Source: Mustelus asterias
Lineage: Eukaryota
Length of the DNA stretch: 63,906 nt
Reading direction: 5' to 3'
Assembly: GCF_964213995.1 (NCBI RefSeq)
Contig: NW_027590205.1
Span: 682,001 to 745,906 of the forward strand
Shown here: one piece after another, positions 51,901-63,906 of the stretch
Layout: each line of letters starts with the position of its first letter
Numbering within the stretch: the stretch's first letter is position 1
The notes under the pieces: model-generated
Database searches by the model: none
What the model was told of the DNA's origin: nothing
Seen by the model: the letters and a program-made list of their open reading frames with translations, nothing else
Translations under genes and position numbers: made by a program

Positions 51901-52114
51901 CCCAACAGTCATTTGTCAGTCCCGAATATAAATCCATAACATTCTCCCCTCCTGTTTTCTAGCATAAGATTACTTAAGATGGAATATACTTACATTGGAA
52001 GCAATTCAGACAAGGTTCACGAGCTGATTTCGGGCATGAAGGGGTCTGTTTTATGAGGAAAGGTTCGGCAGGGTACATCTATGCTCATTGGATTTTTGAT
52101 AAATGAGATGTGAT

Positions 52115-52582
52115 TGTTGGAGTGAAATTAAGACTGTGACCTTTGAAAGTTAATGCGTGCGTGACTACAGGGACCGGCTGCACCCAGCACTTATCCTGTG
52201 GTTAACAAAGATCATTCTGTTGCTGACTAAATAACGAACTAACCTTTGAGCTACATCCTGTTATTGTATAAAAAATACGGAACAGACAAAAAAAACCAGA
52301 CCGCGAGGTCCAGATGGTCCGTTTAGCTTCAGATAAAGCGGAACCGAAACAAGAAGTTGTGGGTTTTTGCAAACGGCTGTTTTTGAAGGAATGTGATTGG
52401 AGGTCAGTTGTTGCTAGGGGAGCCCAATTGGCTAAATACATGTAATCACCCAAAGTTAACGACGAAGTAACCGCTAATGTCTGTATGATTAAAGTGTATA
52501 AAAGACGGCGAGCCGCCGCTCCAAATTGAGAAGGTGAAAGGCAGCATCCATGAACCCGGCCTGTCAGTCAATGACTCAAACA
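52115..52582. mobile_element. Possible solo LTR
   Basis: TG...CA ends with short inverted termini (tgttggagt / actcaaaca) and TATA-like tgtataaaag; no TSD found. Confidence 0.35.
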
Positions 52583-52599
52583 TTGTCTCTCCTGGACAC

Positions 52600-52930
52600 C
52601 CAAATCCTGAAGCTCCGCCCACTGGCCGCGCATGCGCTCTGCTCCCCGCTAAACAAAGATGGCGGCCGCGGCACTGGGCCTGATCCCGGATAAAATCCCC
52701 GCAGCTGCAAACCCGGGACCGGAAGGCTCTTATTCAGACCTTGCGGCCTACAGCAGATGTTTATGAAGCCTCTGCTCCCTCCCCACCCCAACTCCCGGCT
52801 CCATTCCTCCCTCCGCCCCACCGACTCTCACCCCTTGAAATAAGCATCTCCACACTCGCAGGGCTCCGAGCAAAGTGACTATGCGCATGCCCCAGATACA
52901 ACGCTGCGTCTGCGTACTGGGCTCCTGTAG
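52600..52930. promoter_or_regulatory. CpG-rich promoter-like segment
   Basis: NRF1 gcgcatgcgc (~52628), YY1 aagatggcggc (~52656), second tgcgcatgc (~52882). Confidence 0.55.
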
Positions 52931-54339
52931 CGTGAATAGGGCACTTTCACACCCGCAACGGATGCTGGGTAATAACCGCCATTGAAACTACATACAGTTA
53001 ATTCAAAATAACATTGTTAGCATTTGAGGTAAATTAATGAAATATTGAGAATTGGTGATCTGCTGTGCTCCATTTCTTAAAGTTCTGCTGCAGGACCATG
53101 CAATGGTTTCAAAGCTTTTATAACGTTTCCCCTCTCACTCCTTTTATGGCACTGATTCTGGCTGGGTTCAATCGCACAGTCACTGGTACTTCTCTCTGTC
53201 CCTGATACTGAATATTCACTCTTTTCGAGAATGATACAGCACAAATAGAAACCATTTGGCCCATTGTGTCTCTGCTGGCTCTCGAGGAGAGCTATCCAAT
53301 TAATTCCACAGCCCAGCTGGTCGAGTCAGAACAATGCATATCTGCTGTAGTAATCTGAGACCTTAATGGAAAAGGGTTTCCACAGTTAAGCATATCAGGT
53401 GCCTGGTAGAATTTAGTTGAATGTTTCTGCAGATCCCATATACTGCAGTGACATTATCCTAAAGGGCCAAGGGAGTATTCCAGTGTGTTAACCAGAATCA
53501 TCCAGGGCACAACCTCAGGCGAAAGAGGGCACAACCTCAGGCGAAAGGGATGATCCTTTAAACAGAGATTAGGAGGAATTTCTTCAGCCAGAGCTTGGTG
53601 AATCTGTGGAACTCTTTGCCACAGAAGGCTGTGGAGGCCAGGTCATTGAGTGTCTTTAAGACAGAGATAGATTGGTTCTTGATTAATGAGGGGATCAGGG
53701 GTTATGGGGAAAAGGCAGGAGAATGGGGATGAGAAAAATATCAGCCATGCCTAAATGGCGGAGCAGACTCAATGGGCCGAGTGGCCTAATTCTGCTCCTA
53801 TGTCTAATAGTTATGGTTAAGAGTGGATGAATGTTAGAATTACAAAGAACAGGCATTCATATCCTGAATTTTCATAATTATCATTTGTCTGGTATGTTTC
53901 AGTATGAAAGAATCCCATGTACTTATCAGGTGAGAGGTCGTGTCCAAATGACCTGAGAAAGACAAATCACTGTTAGATTGCACTGGGGTTTATGTGATCA
54001 GGTTTTGGTTTTATGAACAAGGTCTGTATCAGACTGGAGCTGTGTCTTTGATTCTCCACAACAGTTGGAGTATCCTTACTAAATATCCACCACAACCACA
54101 ACAGTCCGGAAGACTGAGGTTATTGTGATCACAGCCCTTCAAATTGGATGCACAAATTCTTTCCCACACGGAGCAGGTGAATGGTCTTTTCCCTATGTGT
54201 GTACATTGAGGCAGTGGCATAGTGATATTGTCACTGGAGCAGTAACCCAGAGACCCAGGGCAATGTTCTGACCATGAAACCATTGCTGATTGCTCACTAA
54301 CATCCTCTGGGGAAGGAAATCTGCAGTCCCTCTCCCCAC

Positions 54340-54540
54340 CCTATACCCGTAATCCCATACATTTAGCATGGCCATTCCACCTCGCCTGCACATCTTTGGA
54401 GTGTGGAAGAAACCGGAGCACACGGAGGAAATCCACACAGACACAGAAAGAATGTGCAAACTCCACACAGGTTGAAATTGAACTCAGGTGTCTGGATCTG
54501 TGAGGCAGCAGTGCGAACCGCCATGCCACCGTGCTGCCCA
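54340..54540 (-). mobile_element. HE1-like SINE
   Basis: ccggagcacacggaggaaatccac...tgcaaactccacacag...gccaccgtgctgccc. Confidence 0.75.
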
Positions 54541-55196
54541 AATAGGAGACCAAAAGTCTCCTTGGGAGACACCAAGTTCAAAGACTTTGGAGAGGAAAGG
54601 GAGGCTGGAGATGGGGCCATAATTTGCAAGCAAAGTGGGATCAAAGGGTTTTTTTTCAGAAAGGGTGATGTTTGTGTATTTAAAAGTGAGAGGAACAAAA
54701 CCAGAAGAGAGAGAGAGAATCATTAACAATATCAGCCAATATGGGGAAGTTGGATGGTCGGCAATTTAGTGGAAATAGAGTCAGGGCAAAACAGGAAAGA
54801 AACTGTTGAAAGATGTGGGTTCGGGGCTCAGACAGGGAAAGGCTTTAGATATATTAGTTTGGCTCAGTGGGAGGGTGGAAGAGAGGGAAGCAGCAGGGGC
54901 AGCTGAATGGGTTGGCTCAATCCGAGTGACAAAGAAGCTCCATGACTTCATCATACTTTTTGTTGGGGGTCAGGATGGAGGAGACAGGGGAGAGGGAGAG
55001 CCATTTGAAAGGAATGGACTTGAGTCAGAGATAAAAAAAGTTTCAACAGATTGTTTAACATAAAAGCAGATTGATTTGACTTTCATCCAGGACATTAGTA
55101 TTTATATGTGGGCTCAAATTTATTTACATCAGAGGCGAATGACCACAATCAACATGTTTGTGATTTGTGATAAACAGCAGAATCAAACTCCAGCAG

Positions 55197-56393
55197 TCAC
55201 TTGTCAACTCGCTGATGGCTCAACAGGTTGTATTTCTGAGTGAATCCCTTTCCACATTTGGAGCAGGTGAACGGCCTCTCCCCAGTGTGAATTCGCTGGT
55301 GGACAGTGAGTTGGGATGGTCGCCTGAACCCAGTCCCGCAGTGAGTGCACTTGAACGGTCTCTCATCAGTGTGACCACGTTGATGAGACATCAGATCGCT
55401 GCAGCTTTTATAGCATTTCCCGCAGTCTGGACATTTAAAAGGTCTCTCCTCACTGTGAACACGTTGATGGGACACTAGATTGCTGGAACTTTTACAGCAC
55501 TTCCCGCAATCTGGACATTTAAACGGTCTCTCATCGGTGTGAACTTGCTGATGTGCCATGAGGTGTGATGTCCGAGTGAATCCCTTCCCACAGTCGGTGC
55601 AGGTGAACGGCCGCTCCCCAGTGTGAATTCGCTGGTGTTCAGTGAGTTGAGATGACCACCTGAACCCAGTCCCGCAGTGAGAGCACCTGAACGGTCTCTC
55701 ATCAGTGTGAACACGTTGATGGAACATTAGTTCTCTGGAACCTCTATAACACTTCTCGCAGTCTGGGCATTTAAATGGTCTCTCCTCAGTGTGAACACGT
55801 TGATGGAACATCACTTCCTTTAAACTTTTATAGCACTTGCCACATTCTGGACATTTAAATGGTCTCTCCTCTGTGTGAACTCGCTGGTGTGTCTGCAGTG
55901 TAGATGACTGAGTGAATCCCTTCCCACACTCGGAGCAGGTGAATGGTCTCTCTCCCTTGTGAACCCGCTGGTGTCTCAGCAGGTTGAATGACTGCGTGAA
56001 TCGCATCCCACATTCAGAGCAGGTGAATGGCTTCTCCCCAGTGTGAGTGCGCTGGTGTGTCAGCAGGTTAGATGATTGAGTGAATCCCTTTCCACACTCG
56101 GAGCAGATAAATGGCCTCTCTCCAGTGTGAACTCGCTGGTGTGTCAGCAGGGTGGATGACTGAGTGAATCCTCTCCCACACTCAGAGCAGGTGAACAGCC
56201 TCTCCCCAGTGTTACTGTATTGGTGAATTTCCAGCTCAGACAGGTCTCTGAATCCTTCCCCACATTTCCACGGTTTCTCCTCAGTGTGACTGCACTTGTG
56301 TCTTGACAGGCCAGATGATTGTCTGAATCCTTGTCCACACACAGAACACGTGTACAGTTTTGCCCCATTGTGAATGGTGGTTTTCCCTTCCAT
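55197..56393 (-). CDS. C2H2 zinc-finger protein (~12 intact + 2 degenerate fingers)
   Basis: Open frame from ATG 56393; acceptor aatttcacag with exon start at 56501; internal 4-finger duplication (CPDC-CPDC-CxHC-CxxC twice). Confidence 0.88.
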   Translation of the reverse strand: MEGKTTIHNGAKLYTCSVCGQGFRQSSGLSRHKCSHTEEKPWKCGEGFRDLSELEIHQYSNTGERLFTCSECGRGFTQSSTLLTHQRVHTGERPFICSECGKGFTQSSNLLTHQRTHTGEKPFTCSECGMRFTQSFNLLRHQRVHKGERPFTCSECGKGFTQSSTLQTHQRVHTEERPFKCPECGKCYKSLKEVMFHQRVHTEERPFKCPDCEKCYRGSRELMFHQRVHTDERPFRCSHCGTGFRWSSQLTEHQRIHTGERPFTCTDCGKGFTRTSHLMAHQQVHTDERPFKCPDCGKCCKSSSNLVSHQRVHSEERPFKCPDCGKCYKSCSDLMSHQRGHTDERPFKCTHCGTGFRRPSQLTVHQRIHTGERPFTCSKCGKGFTQKYNLLSHQRVDK

Positions 56394-57099
56394 GCTCAAG
56401 GTTCAGTTATATTCAGGTTACAATAAATTGGGCGACTCAGTCAGATCCTGATGTGATGTTTGGTCTGAGTTTCCTGACGCAAATCCTCCCCTTCTAAAAC
56501 TCTGTGAAATTGATTTAAAACAGTGAAAAGGGAGTGAGAGAGATCCCACAAAAACACAAAGGCAGGTTGTGAAATTGAGCTGAATGAATCTGGTCATTTG
56601 TGGGGCCGGCACTAGAAAAAGTTACCATGGAAACTGCTGGATTGTCATAAAACCTCAACTGGTTCACTAATGCCTTTCAGGGAAGATAATCTGCCATCCA
56701 GTCTGGGACTACACAAGGCTCTGGCCTCAATGGATGGAGAGAGAGGTGGGGGCAAAGGAGGGACTTAATGTATCTACAACTCAACCAGTGGTTTGAACCT
56801 TAAAACCGTTAACCTGCACACCGAGAAGGATCAGGGTAAGAGGTGTATGTGAACACCATCATCTCCAAATTCCCTCCAACTTTACACACCATCCTCCCTT
56901 GTCTGACACCCAGGATTGGATGAGCAGTAATTGCCTTCGTTAAATATTGGAAGATGAAGGCTATCATCTTCAGCCCTGCAACAAATTCCACTTCCGAACC
57001 ACTGACTCCATCTGTCCCCATTGCGACTGTCTGAGGCTGAACCAGAGTATTCACAGTCTCAGTAACATGTTTCACTTCAAACTGAGCTTCCAAACATAT

Positions 57100-57900
57100 C
57101 CTCATAGAATCTACAGCACGGAGACAGGCCCTTCGGCCCAAACTGGTCCATGCCCACCAGAAATGCCCATGTAAGCTAACTCCATTTGGCCCATATCCTT
57201 CTAAACCTTTCCTATCCATGTATCTGTCCAAATGCCTTTTAAATGTTGACAATGTCCCTGCCTCAACCACTTCCTCCGGCAGCTCATTCCACATACGTAC
57301 CACCCTCTGTGTAAAAAAGCTGCTCCTCAGGTTCCCATTAATTCTTTCTCCTCTTAACTTAAACTTATGCCCTCTAATTCTTAATTCCCCAACCCTGGGA
57401 AAAAGACTGAGTGCATTCAACCTATCCATGCCTCTCATGATCTTACACACCTCTATAAGATCACCCCTCAGTCTCCTACGCTCCAAAGAAAAAAGTCCTA
57501 ACTCATCCAATCTCTCCCTATAACTTGAGTCCTGGCAACATCCTTGTAAATCTCTTCTGCACTCTCTCCAGTTTAATAACATCTTTCCAAATCAAGGTGA
57601 CCAAAACTGAACACAATATTCCAGGTGCAGCCTCACCAAAGTCCTGTACAACTGCAACATAACTTCCCAACTCCTATACTCAATGCCCTGACTGATAAAG
57701 GCCAGCATGTCAAAAGCCTTCTTCACTGCCCTATCTATGTGTGACTCCACCTTAAGAGAACCGTGCACCTGGACTCCAAGGTCCCTCTGTTCCACGATAC
57801 TCCCTGAGGTCCGACCATTCACTGTGAAAGTTCTACCTTGGTTTGACTTTCCATGATGCAACACCTCACACTGATCTGTATTTAACTCTATTTGCCACAT
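57100..57900 (-). mobile_element. CR1 LINE 3' fragment
   Basis: EQRDLGV...[11 protein letters not shown]...FFTQRVVRMWNELP. Confidence 0.85.
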
Positions 57901-57979
57901 CACCACCTACACTACCTATTTCCACCTCAGTGACATCGCCCCACTTTGTCCTGGCCTCAGCTCACCTGCTGCTGAAACC

Positions 57980-60450
57980 AGGTGGAGGAAGAAATTGCTA
58001 AGCAGATTATGGATAGGTGTGGGGGGCACAGGGTAGTTGTCATGGGGGACTTTAACTTTCCAAATATTGATTGGTACCTTTGTAGGTCGAATAGTTCGGA
58101 TGGGGCAGTTTTTGTGCAGTGTGTGCAGGAGGGTTTCCTGACACAATATGTGGATAGGCCGACAAGAGATGGGGTCACAGTGGATTTGGTACTGGGAAAT
58201 GAACCGGGCCAAGTGTTAGATTTGGTTGTGGGAGAGCACTTTGGAGATAGTGACCACAATTCGGTGTCTTTTGTTATTGCAATGGAGAAGGATAGGGCCG
58301 TACGGCAGGGCAAGGTTTATAATTGGGGGAAGAGGTAATTATGATGCGATTAGGCAAGAATTAGGGGGCATAAGATGGGAACAGAAACTGTCAGGGAAAG
58401 GCACTAATGAAAAGTGGAATTTTTTCAAGGAACAAATACTGTGTGTCCTTGATAGGTATGTCCCTGTCAGGCAGGGAGGAAATGGCCGAGTGAGGGAACC
58501 ATGGTTCACAAAAGAGGTGGGAAGCTTATGAGGAAACAAGGTTCAGATGGCTCGATTGAGGGTTACAAGTTAGCAAGGAATGAGCTGAAAAAGGGGCTTA
58601 GGAGAGCTAGGAGGGGACATGAGAAGTCCTTGGCGGGTCGGATCAAGGAAAACCCCAAGGCTTTTTACTCTTATGTGAGGAATAAACGAATGACCAGGGT
58701 GAGGTTAGGGCCGGTCAAGGACAGTAGTGGGAACTTGTGTATGGAGTCAGTAGAGATAGGAGAGGTGATGAATGAATACTTTTCTTCAGTGTTCACCAAG
58801 GAGAGGGGTCATGTTTTTGAGGAAGAGAAGGCGTTACAGGCTAATAGGCTGGAGGAAGTAGATGTTCGGCGGGAGGATGTACTAGCAGTTTTGAATAAAC
58901 TGAAGGTCGATAAGTCTCCTGGGCCTGATGAAATATATCCTAGGATTCTTTGGGAGGCAAGGGATGAGATTGCAGAGCCTTTGGCTTTGATCTTTGGGTC
59001 CTCACGGTCCACGGGGATGGTGCCAGAGGACTGGAGAGTGGCGAGTGTTGTTCCTCTGTTTAAGAAAGGGAATAGAAATGACCCTGGTAATTATAGGCCG
59101 GTTAGTCTTACTTCGGTGGTTGGTAAGTTGATGGAAAAGGTCCTTAGGGATGGGATTTATGACCATTTAGAAAGATGTGGATTAATCAGCGGATAGTCAG
59201 CACGGATTCGTGAAGGGCAAGTCGTGCCTCACAAATTTGATAGAATTTTTTGAGGAGGTAACTAAGTGTGTTGATGAAGGTAGGGCAGTTGATGTCATAT
59301 ACATGGATTTTAGTAAGGCGTTTGATAAGGTCCCCCATGGTCAGCTTATGATGAAAGTAAGGAGGTTGGGATAGAGGGAAAGTTGGCCGATTGGATAGGT
59401 AACTGGCTATCTGATCGAAGACAGAGGGTGGTGGTGAATGGAAAATTTTAGGACTGGAGGCAGGTTGCTAGCGGAGTGCCACAAGGATCAGTGCTTGGTC
59501 CTCTGCTATTTGTGATTTTTATTAATGACCTAGAGGAGGGGGCTGAAGGGTGGATCAGTAAATTTGCTGATGACACCAAGATTGGTGGAGTAGTGGATGA
59601 GGTGGAGGGCTGTTGTAGACTGCAAAGAGACATAGATAGGATGCAAAGCTGGGCTGAAAAATGGCAGATGGAGTTTAACCCTGATAAATGTGAGGTGATT
59701 CATTTTGGTAGGACAGATTTAAATGTGGATTCCAGGGTCAAAGGTAGGGTTCTGAAGACTGTGGAGGAACAGAGAGATCTTGGGGTCCATATCCACAGAT
59801 CTCTGAAGGTTGCCACTCAAATGGATAGAGCTGTGAAGAAGGCCTATAGTGTGTTAGCTTTTATTAACAGGGGGTTGGAGTTTAAGAGCCGTGGGGTTAT
59901 GCTGCAACTGTACAGGACCTTGGTGAGACCACATTTGGAATATTGTGTGCAGTTCTGATCACCTCACTATAAGAAGGATGTGGAAGCGCTGGAAAGAGTG
60001 CAGAGGAGATTTACCAGGATGCTGCCTGGTTTGAAGGGTAAGTCTTCTGAGGAAAGGTCGAGGGAGCTTGGGCTGTTCTCTCTGGAGCGGAGGAGGTTGA
60101 GAGGAGACTAAATAGAGGTTTATAAAATGATGAAGGGGACAGATAGAGTGAACGTTCAAAGACTATTTCCTCGGGTGGATGGAGGTATGACAAGGGGGCA
60201 TAATTATAGGGTTCATGGTGGGAGATATAGGAAGGATATCAGAGGTAGGTTCTTTACGCAGAGAGTGGTTGGGGTGTGGAATGGACTGCCTGCAGTGATA
60301 GTGGAGTCAGACACTTTAGGAACATTTAAGCGGTTATTGGATAGGCACATGGAGCACACCAGGATGATAGGGAGTGGGATAGCTTGATCTTGGTTTCAGA
60401 TAAAGCTCGGCACAACATCGTGGGCCGAAGGGCCTGTTCTATTTTCTATG
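57980..60450 (+). mobile_element. CR1 LINE, 5'-truncated, frameshifted
   Basis: Highly similar to 19470-22509 without the Penelope insert. Confidence 0.92.
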
Positions 60451-60452
60451 TA

Positions 60453-61185
60453 TGACTTACTCAGTTAATGGTAGGTGTTGGGGAGAGTTATAGCACAAAA
60501 AGATCTAAGGGTACATGTTCATAGCTCCTTGAAAGTGGAGTCACAGGTGGACAGAGTGGAGAATAAGGCATTCGGCATGCTTGGTTTCATTGGTCAGAAC
60601 ATTGAATACAGGAGTTCGGACATCTTGTTGAAGTTGCGCAAGACATTGGTAAGGCCACACTTGGAATACTATGTACAGTTCTGGTCACCCTATTATAGAA
60701 AGGATATTATGAAACTAGAAAGAGTGCAGTAGAGATTTACTCGGATGCTACCGGACTTGATGGTTTGAGTTATAAGGAGAGGCTGGATAGACTGGGACTT
60801 TTTTCTCTTGGTCTGAGGAGGCTGAGGGTGATGTTATGAAGGCCTATAAAATAATGAGGGGCATAGATCAGCTAGATAGTCAATATCTTTTCCCAAAGGT
60901 AGGGGAGTCTAAAACTGGAGGGCATAGGTTTAAGGTGAGAGGGGAGAGATAGAAAAATGTCCAAAGGGGCAATTGTTTCGCACAGAGGGTGGTGAGTGTC
61001 TGGAACAAGCTGCCAGAGGTCGTAGTAGAGGGGGTACAATTTTGTATTTTAAAAAGCATTTAGACATGGGTACAGAGGAATATGGGCGAAATGCGGACAA
61101 TTGGGACAAGCTCAGGGGTTTTAAAAAAAGGGTGGCATGGACAAGTTGGGCCGAAGGGTATGTTTCCATGCTGTAAACCTCTATG
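60453..61185 (+). mobile_element. CR1 LINE 3' fragment
   Basis: Same subfamily as 47770-48520. Confidence 0.85.
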
Positions 61186-61580
61186 CCCTGTTTGCCCTGG
61201 ATCAAACTGACACCCAGGAACTCCCAAATGCTGCAGCTTGAATGTGTACTGATAAACTATTTCTTTTATCCAATGATAATTTATTTTGGTTTTTAAGTAT
61301 TTTATTAACCTTAACACCTGTTGCTATACTATTTTGATCCTTAGGAACAGAATAAATCTTCGTTACTTAGCAGATACTCACCAAAAATCTGGCTTCTTCT
61401 CCTGTCGAAGAGTAAGATCACTTCCCAAAGGCTGAGAAAGTTAGAAAGCAAAAGGGCACCTCTTTCCCTTCCTTCCCTAACTCCCTTAATTACCCAACTC
61501 CCAGAATTATATTCTAAGCTGCACTCAAGTGATGCCGGTTCAGAGCTGTTTCTGAGCTGTAGATTCAATACAATACTCAC

Positions 61581-63405
61581 TTGCAGACATGGACATCAAG
61601 GCCTGTATGGGTCTCCAGGCCATCATGCACACATCATGATAGGGAGGATGGAGATGGTGTTGCCAGCCATGTACATGATGAACAGATTCATGGGCAGCTG
61701 TTTCAATGGGCCCAAGGCGGTGTCCCAGCAGGACTGAAAACAGAAAGTGAGCAGGGTATCAGTAAAGGGGGCCGGTTTGGGGAGGCCATATGCTGATCTT
61801 ATACCCAGGCCTGGAAGTAAGGATGACGATTAACCCTTTAACACACAGGCTGCTGTGGTTCACCAAGGTACTTCACCACCGTGGACAAACCAGGGGCGTT
61901 GTCAGCCACACACTAAAGACACATTCAAATCCAACTTACTTTCTCAACCAGGATCCGGTCTGTTTCTTGGACGCAGATGTCCGGTAGCTGTTTGTCCGAA
62001 TATACGACTGGGTACATGGAGTCTCTCTGGCCACACTGTTGATCACGGCTCCTATGAGAAACAGAAAACACAAGTGGGTCACCCTTTCAAGACCTTCTTT
62101 AAAGAGGGAGTCTCTCTGTTGACGACCCCAACATGGTGGCAATAGTGCCAGCACGAACTAAAGCTTGGGCAAACCTCAGACACACACTGCCGTTGTGTCC
62201 ACTGAACTGCCACGGGAATGGAGGGCTGCAGAAGTGGATTTAGTGTGAATTGATAATCAGGGTGCCAATCCGCTTGCCCTCCATTTAGGGACAAAGTGAC
62301 AAATCACCACATGTACCAAATTATCTCGGGGACCTGGGGTGGAGGGTGCTGCACGCAGCAGTGCCGTGCAACCGTAGGTTTTTCCGGTACACGGGCTCCC
62401 AAGACTGCCCTTTCTGTGGCCTCGTGGAGTCCGTGGACCATGTCTACGTTCTGTGTTTTAGGCTGCACACCCTTTTTGGTTTCCTCAAACACCTTTTACT
62501 GATGTTTTGTTTGCACTTCAGTCCCACGCTCCTGATCTACGGGCACCTGGTGCGGAGAGGGGCGGGTCGGGATGCCGACCTCCTCGTGAACCTGCTCCTG
62601 GGCCTGGCGAGACGCGCCATCAATAGGTCCAGGCAGCGGGCGATCAACGGGGCCGTCCATCCCGACTGTCTGCCCCTCTACCGCGGCTACATTCGCGGCC
62701 AGGTGTCTCTGGAGAGGGAGCATGTGGTGTCCACGGGCGCGGTTGACGCCTTCCGCGACCGCTGGGCGCCGCAGGGGCTGGGGTGTATTATCGACCCCGA
62801 TAATCACCTTTTGGTTTGACGTTTTAAGTTTCCTTTCGACTTTGATTTTGGTTCGGGCTGTTCCCCCCTTCCTTTTGGGGAGCCGCCCCTTTTACTTTGT
62901 CCCTAAGTTAATTTGAGTTCGTTTACTTGATTGGTGCCGAAAGAGCTACCAAATTGTATCTTGAAAACAAACACTGCGGGACATTGAGAGAGATCCAGTT
63001 CAGCACCCGGCCCTGGAAACGAGCAATCGTTCCTCCAACCACCACCGCAGTTGGCACCTGATCAGGTGGAGGGGCTGAAACCAAAAGGGCATCTCAGGGT
63101 CATGACCTGGGGAAAAGATGCCAAGTGGGGTCTGAGTGGTTTCTGGGGGATTTGAGGGGCTGCTTTGTGCTGAGGAGCTCGGTGAGGGGTAAAAGAGGCG
63201 CGAAAAACCCGGGGTTGGGAAGTTTTGGGTTGGTGCCACGTCCCCGGGTCAGTGTGCGGTGGCGTCCCCTCGGGAGAGGCGGGCTGACCCGGCTTGTCGC
63301 TTACTCGAGACCCCGGCTCCCCGCGCGGCCTCCGCACCTGCTGGTGCCGCTCAGGGTCCGCTTGTGCCAGCACGCGCGGTTGTCAAGCCCCGCCCCTGCA
63401 GCCAT
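61581..63405 (-). pseudogene. EMC4: EMC4 (TMEM85) truncated unprocessed pseudogene; exons 63405-63338, 62051-61940, 61733-61581
   Basis: MAAGAGLDNRACWHKRTLSGTSR / [37 protein letters not shown] / [34 protein letters not shown] match EMC4; GT-AG introns; a 1-nt deletion in exon 3 gives TGA; later exons not found. Confidence 0.88.
62323..62946 (+). mobile_element. Tx1-clade 3' fragment in EMC4 intron 1
   Basis: CPFCGLVESVDHVYVLC zinc knuckle; TSD taccaaatt at 62314-62322 and 62947-62955. Confidence 0.82.
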
Positions 63406-63595
63406 GACAACGCCGCCGACAGTTAATCGTCCCCCCTTTCAAATCTGATTCCGATCAAGAGAAGAAGCCGCGTATTTCCGTCAACAAAACACTCCCGCTC
63501 CAATGCGCATGTGCAAGCCCAACCGCCTTAGCGTTCTGCGGGCACCGCCCAAAGCCCCGCCCCCACATCGTCGTCATCTTTTTTAGGGGCGCATC
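63406..63595 (-). promoter_or_regulatory. CpG-island promoter upstream of EMC4 exon 1
   Basis: NRF1-like tgcgcatgtgca (~63504), GC box gccccgcccc (~63554), high CpG content. Confidence 0.6.
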
Positions 63596-63906
63596 TATTC
63601 CGACACTTCACCTTCTGTCCAAATGGAGCACGTTTGCCCCGCACAAAGATGGACATCACTTAATGTCAGAGATATTTGCAATATTGAGTCCAGATGACCC
63701 TTTATCAAAGCAAAAAGAAATAGCAAGTGGGAGGTATTTATACTGCAGGGTGAGGGAATGAAAGATGAGCCATAGCCACAGAAACCAGGGGAAAAGACTG
63801 CTAATGGCTGTCCACATTCTCTCTGTGGACAACCATTATAGCACCAGGGACTCATGTTCGTTTCTCGGCTTGGGTGACTGTCTGTGCGGAGTCTGCACGT
63901 TCTCCA

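Overview
Vertebrate genomic DNA, almost certainly from a shark (cartilaginous fish), with one scaffold gap (23877-24074). Left of the gap lie a germline IgM-type heavy-chain minilocus (leader-VH-D1-D2-JH, minus strand, no C exons in the window), a two-exon GPR139-like GPCR and a full-length decayed CR1 LINE. Right of the gap lie three TCR alpha/delta-type V segments with 23-bp RSS: one with its leader split by nested Penelope/Tx1 insertions, one with W41R, and one intact but unusually compact. The right side also holds two tRNA-Gln-like pseudogenes, two U2-snRNA-headed elements, three C2H2 zinc-finger genes with duplicated promoter modules, and a 3-exon truncated EMC4 pseudogene. The rest is CR1, Tx1, RTE, Penelope (with hammerhead-like motifs), SINE and simple repeats. 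All calls come from reading the sequence; no database search was run.
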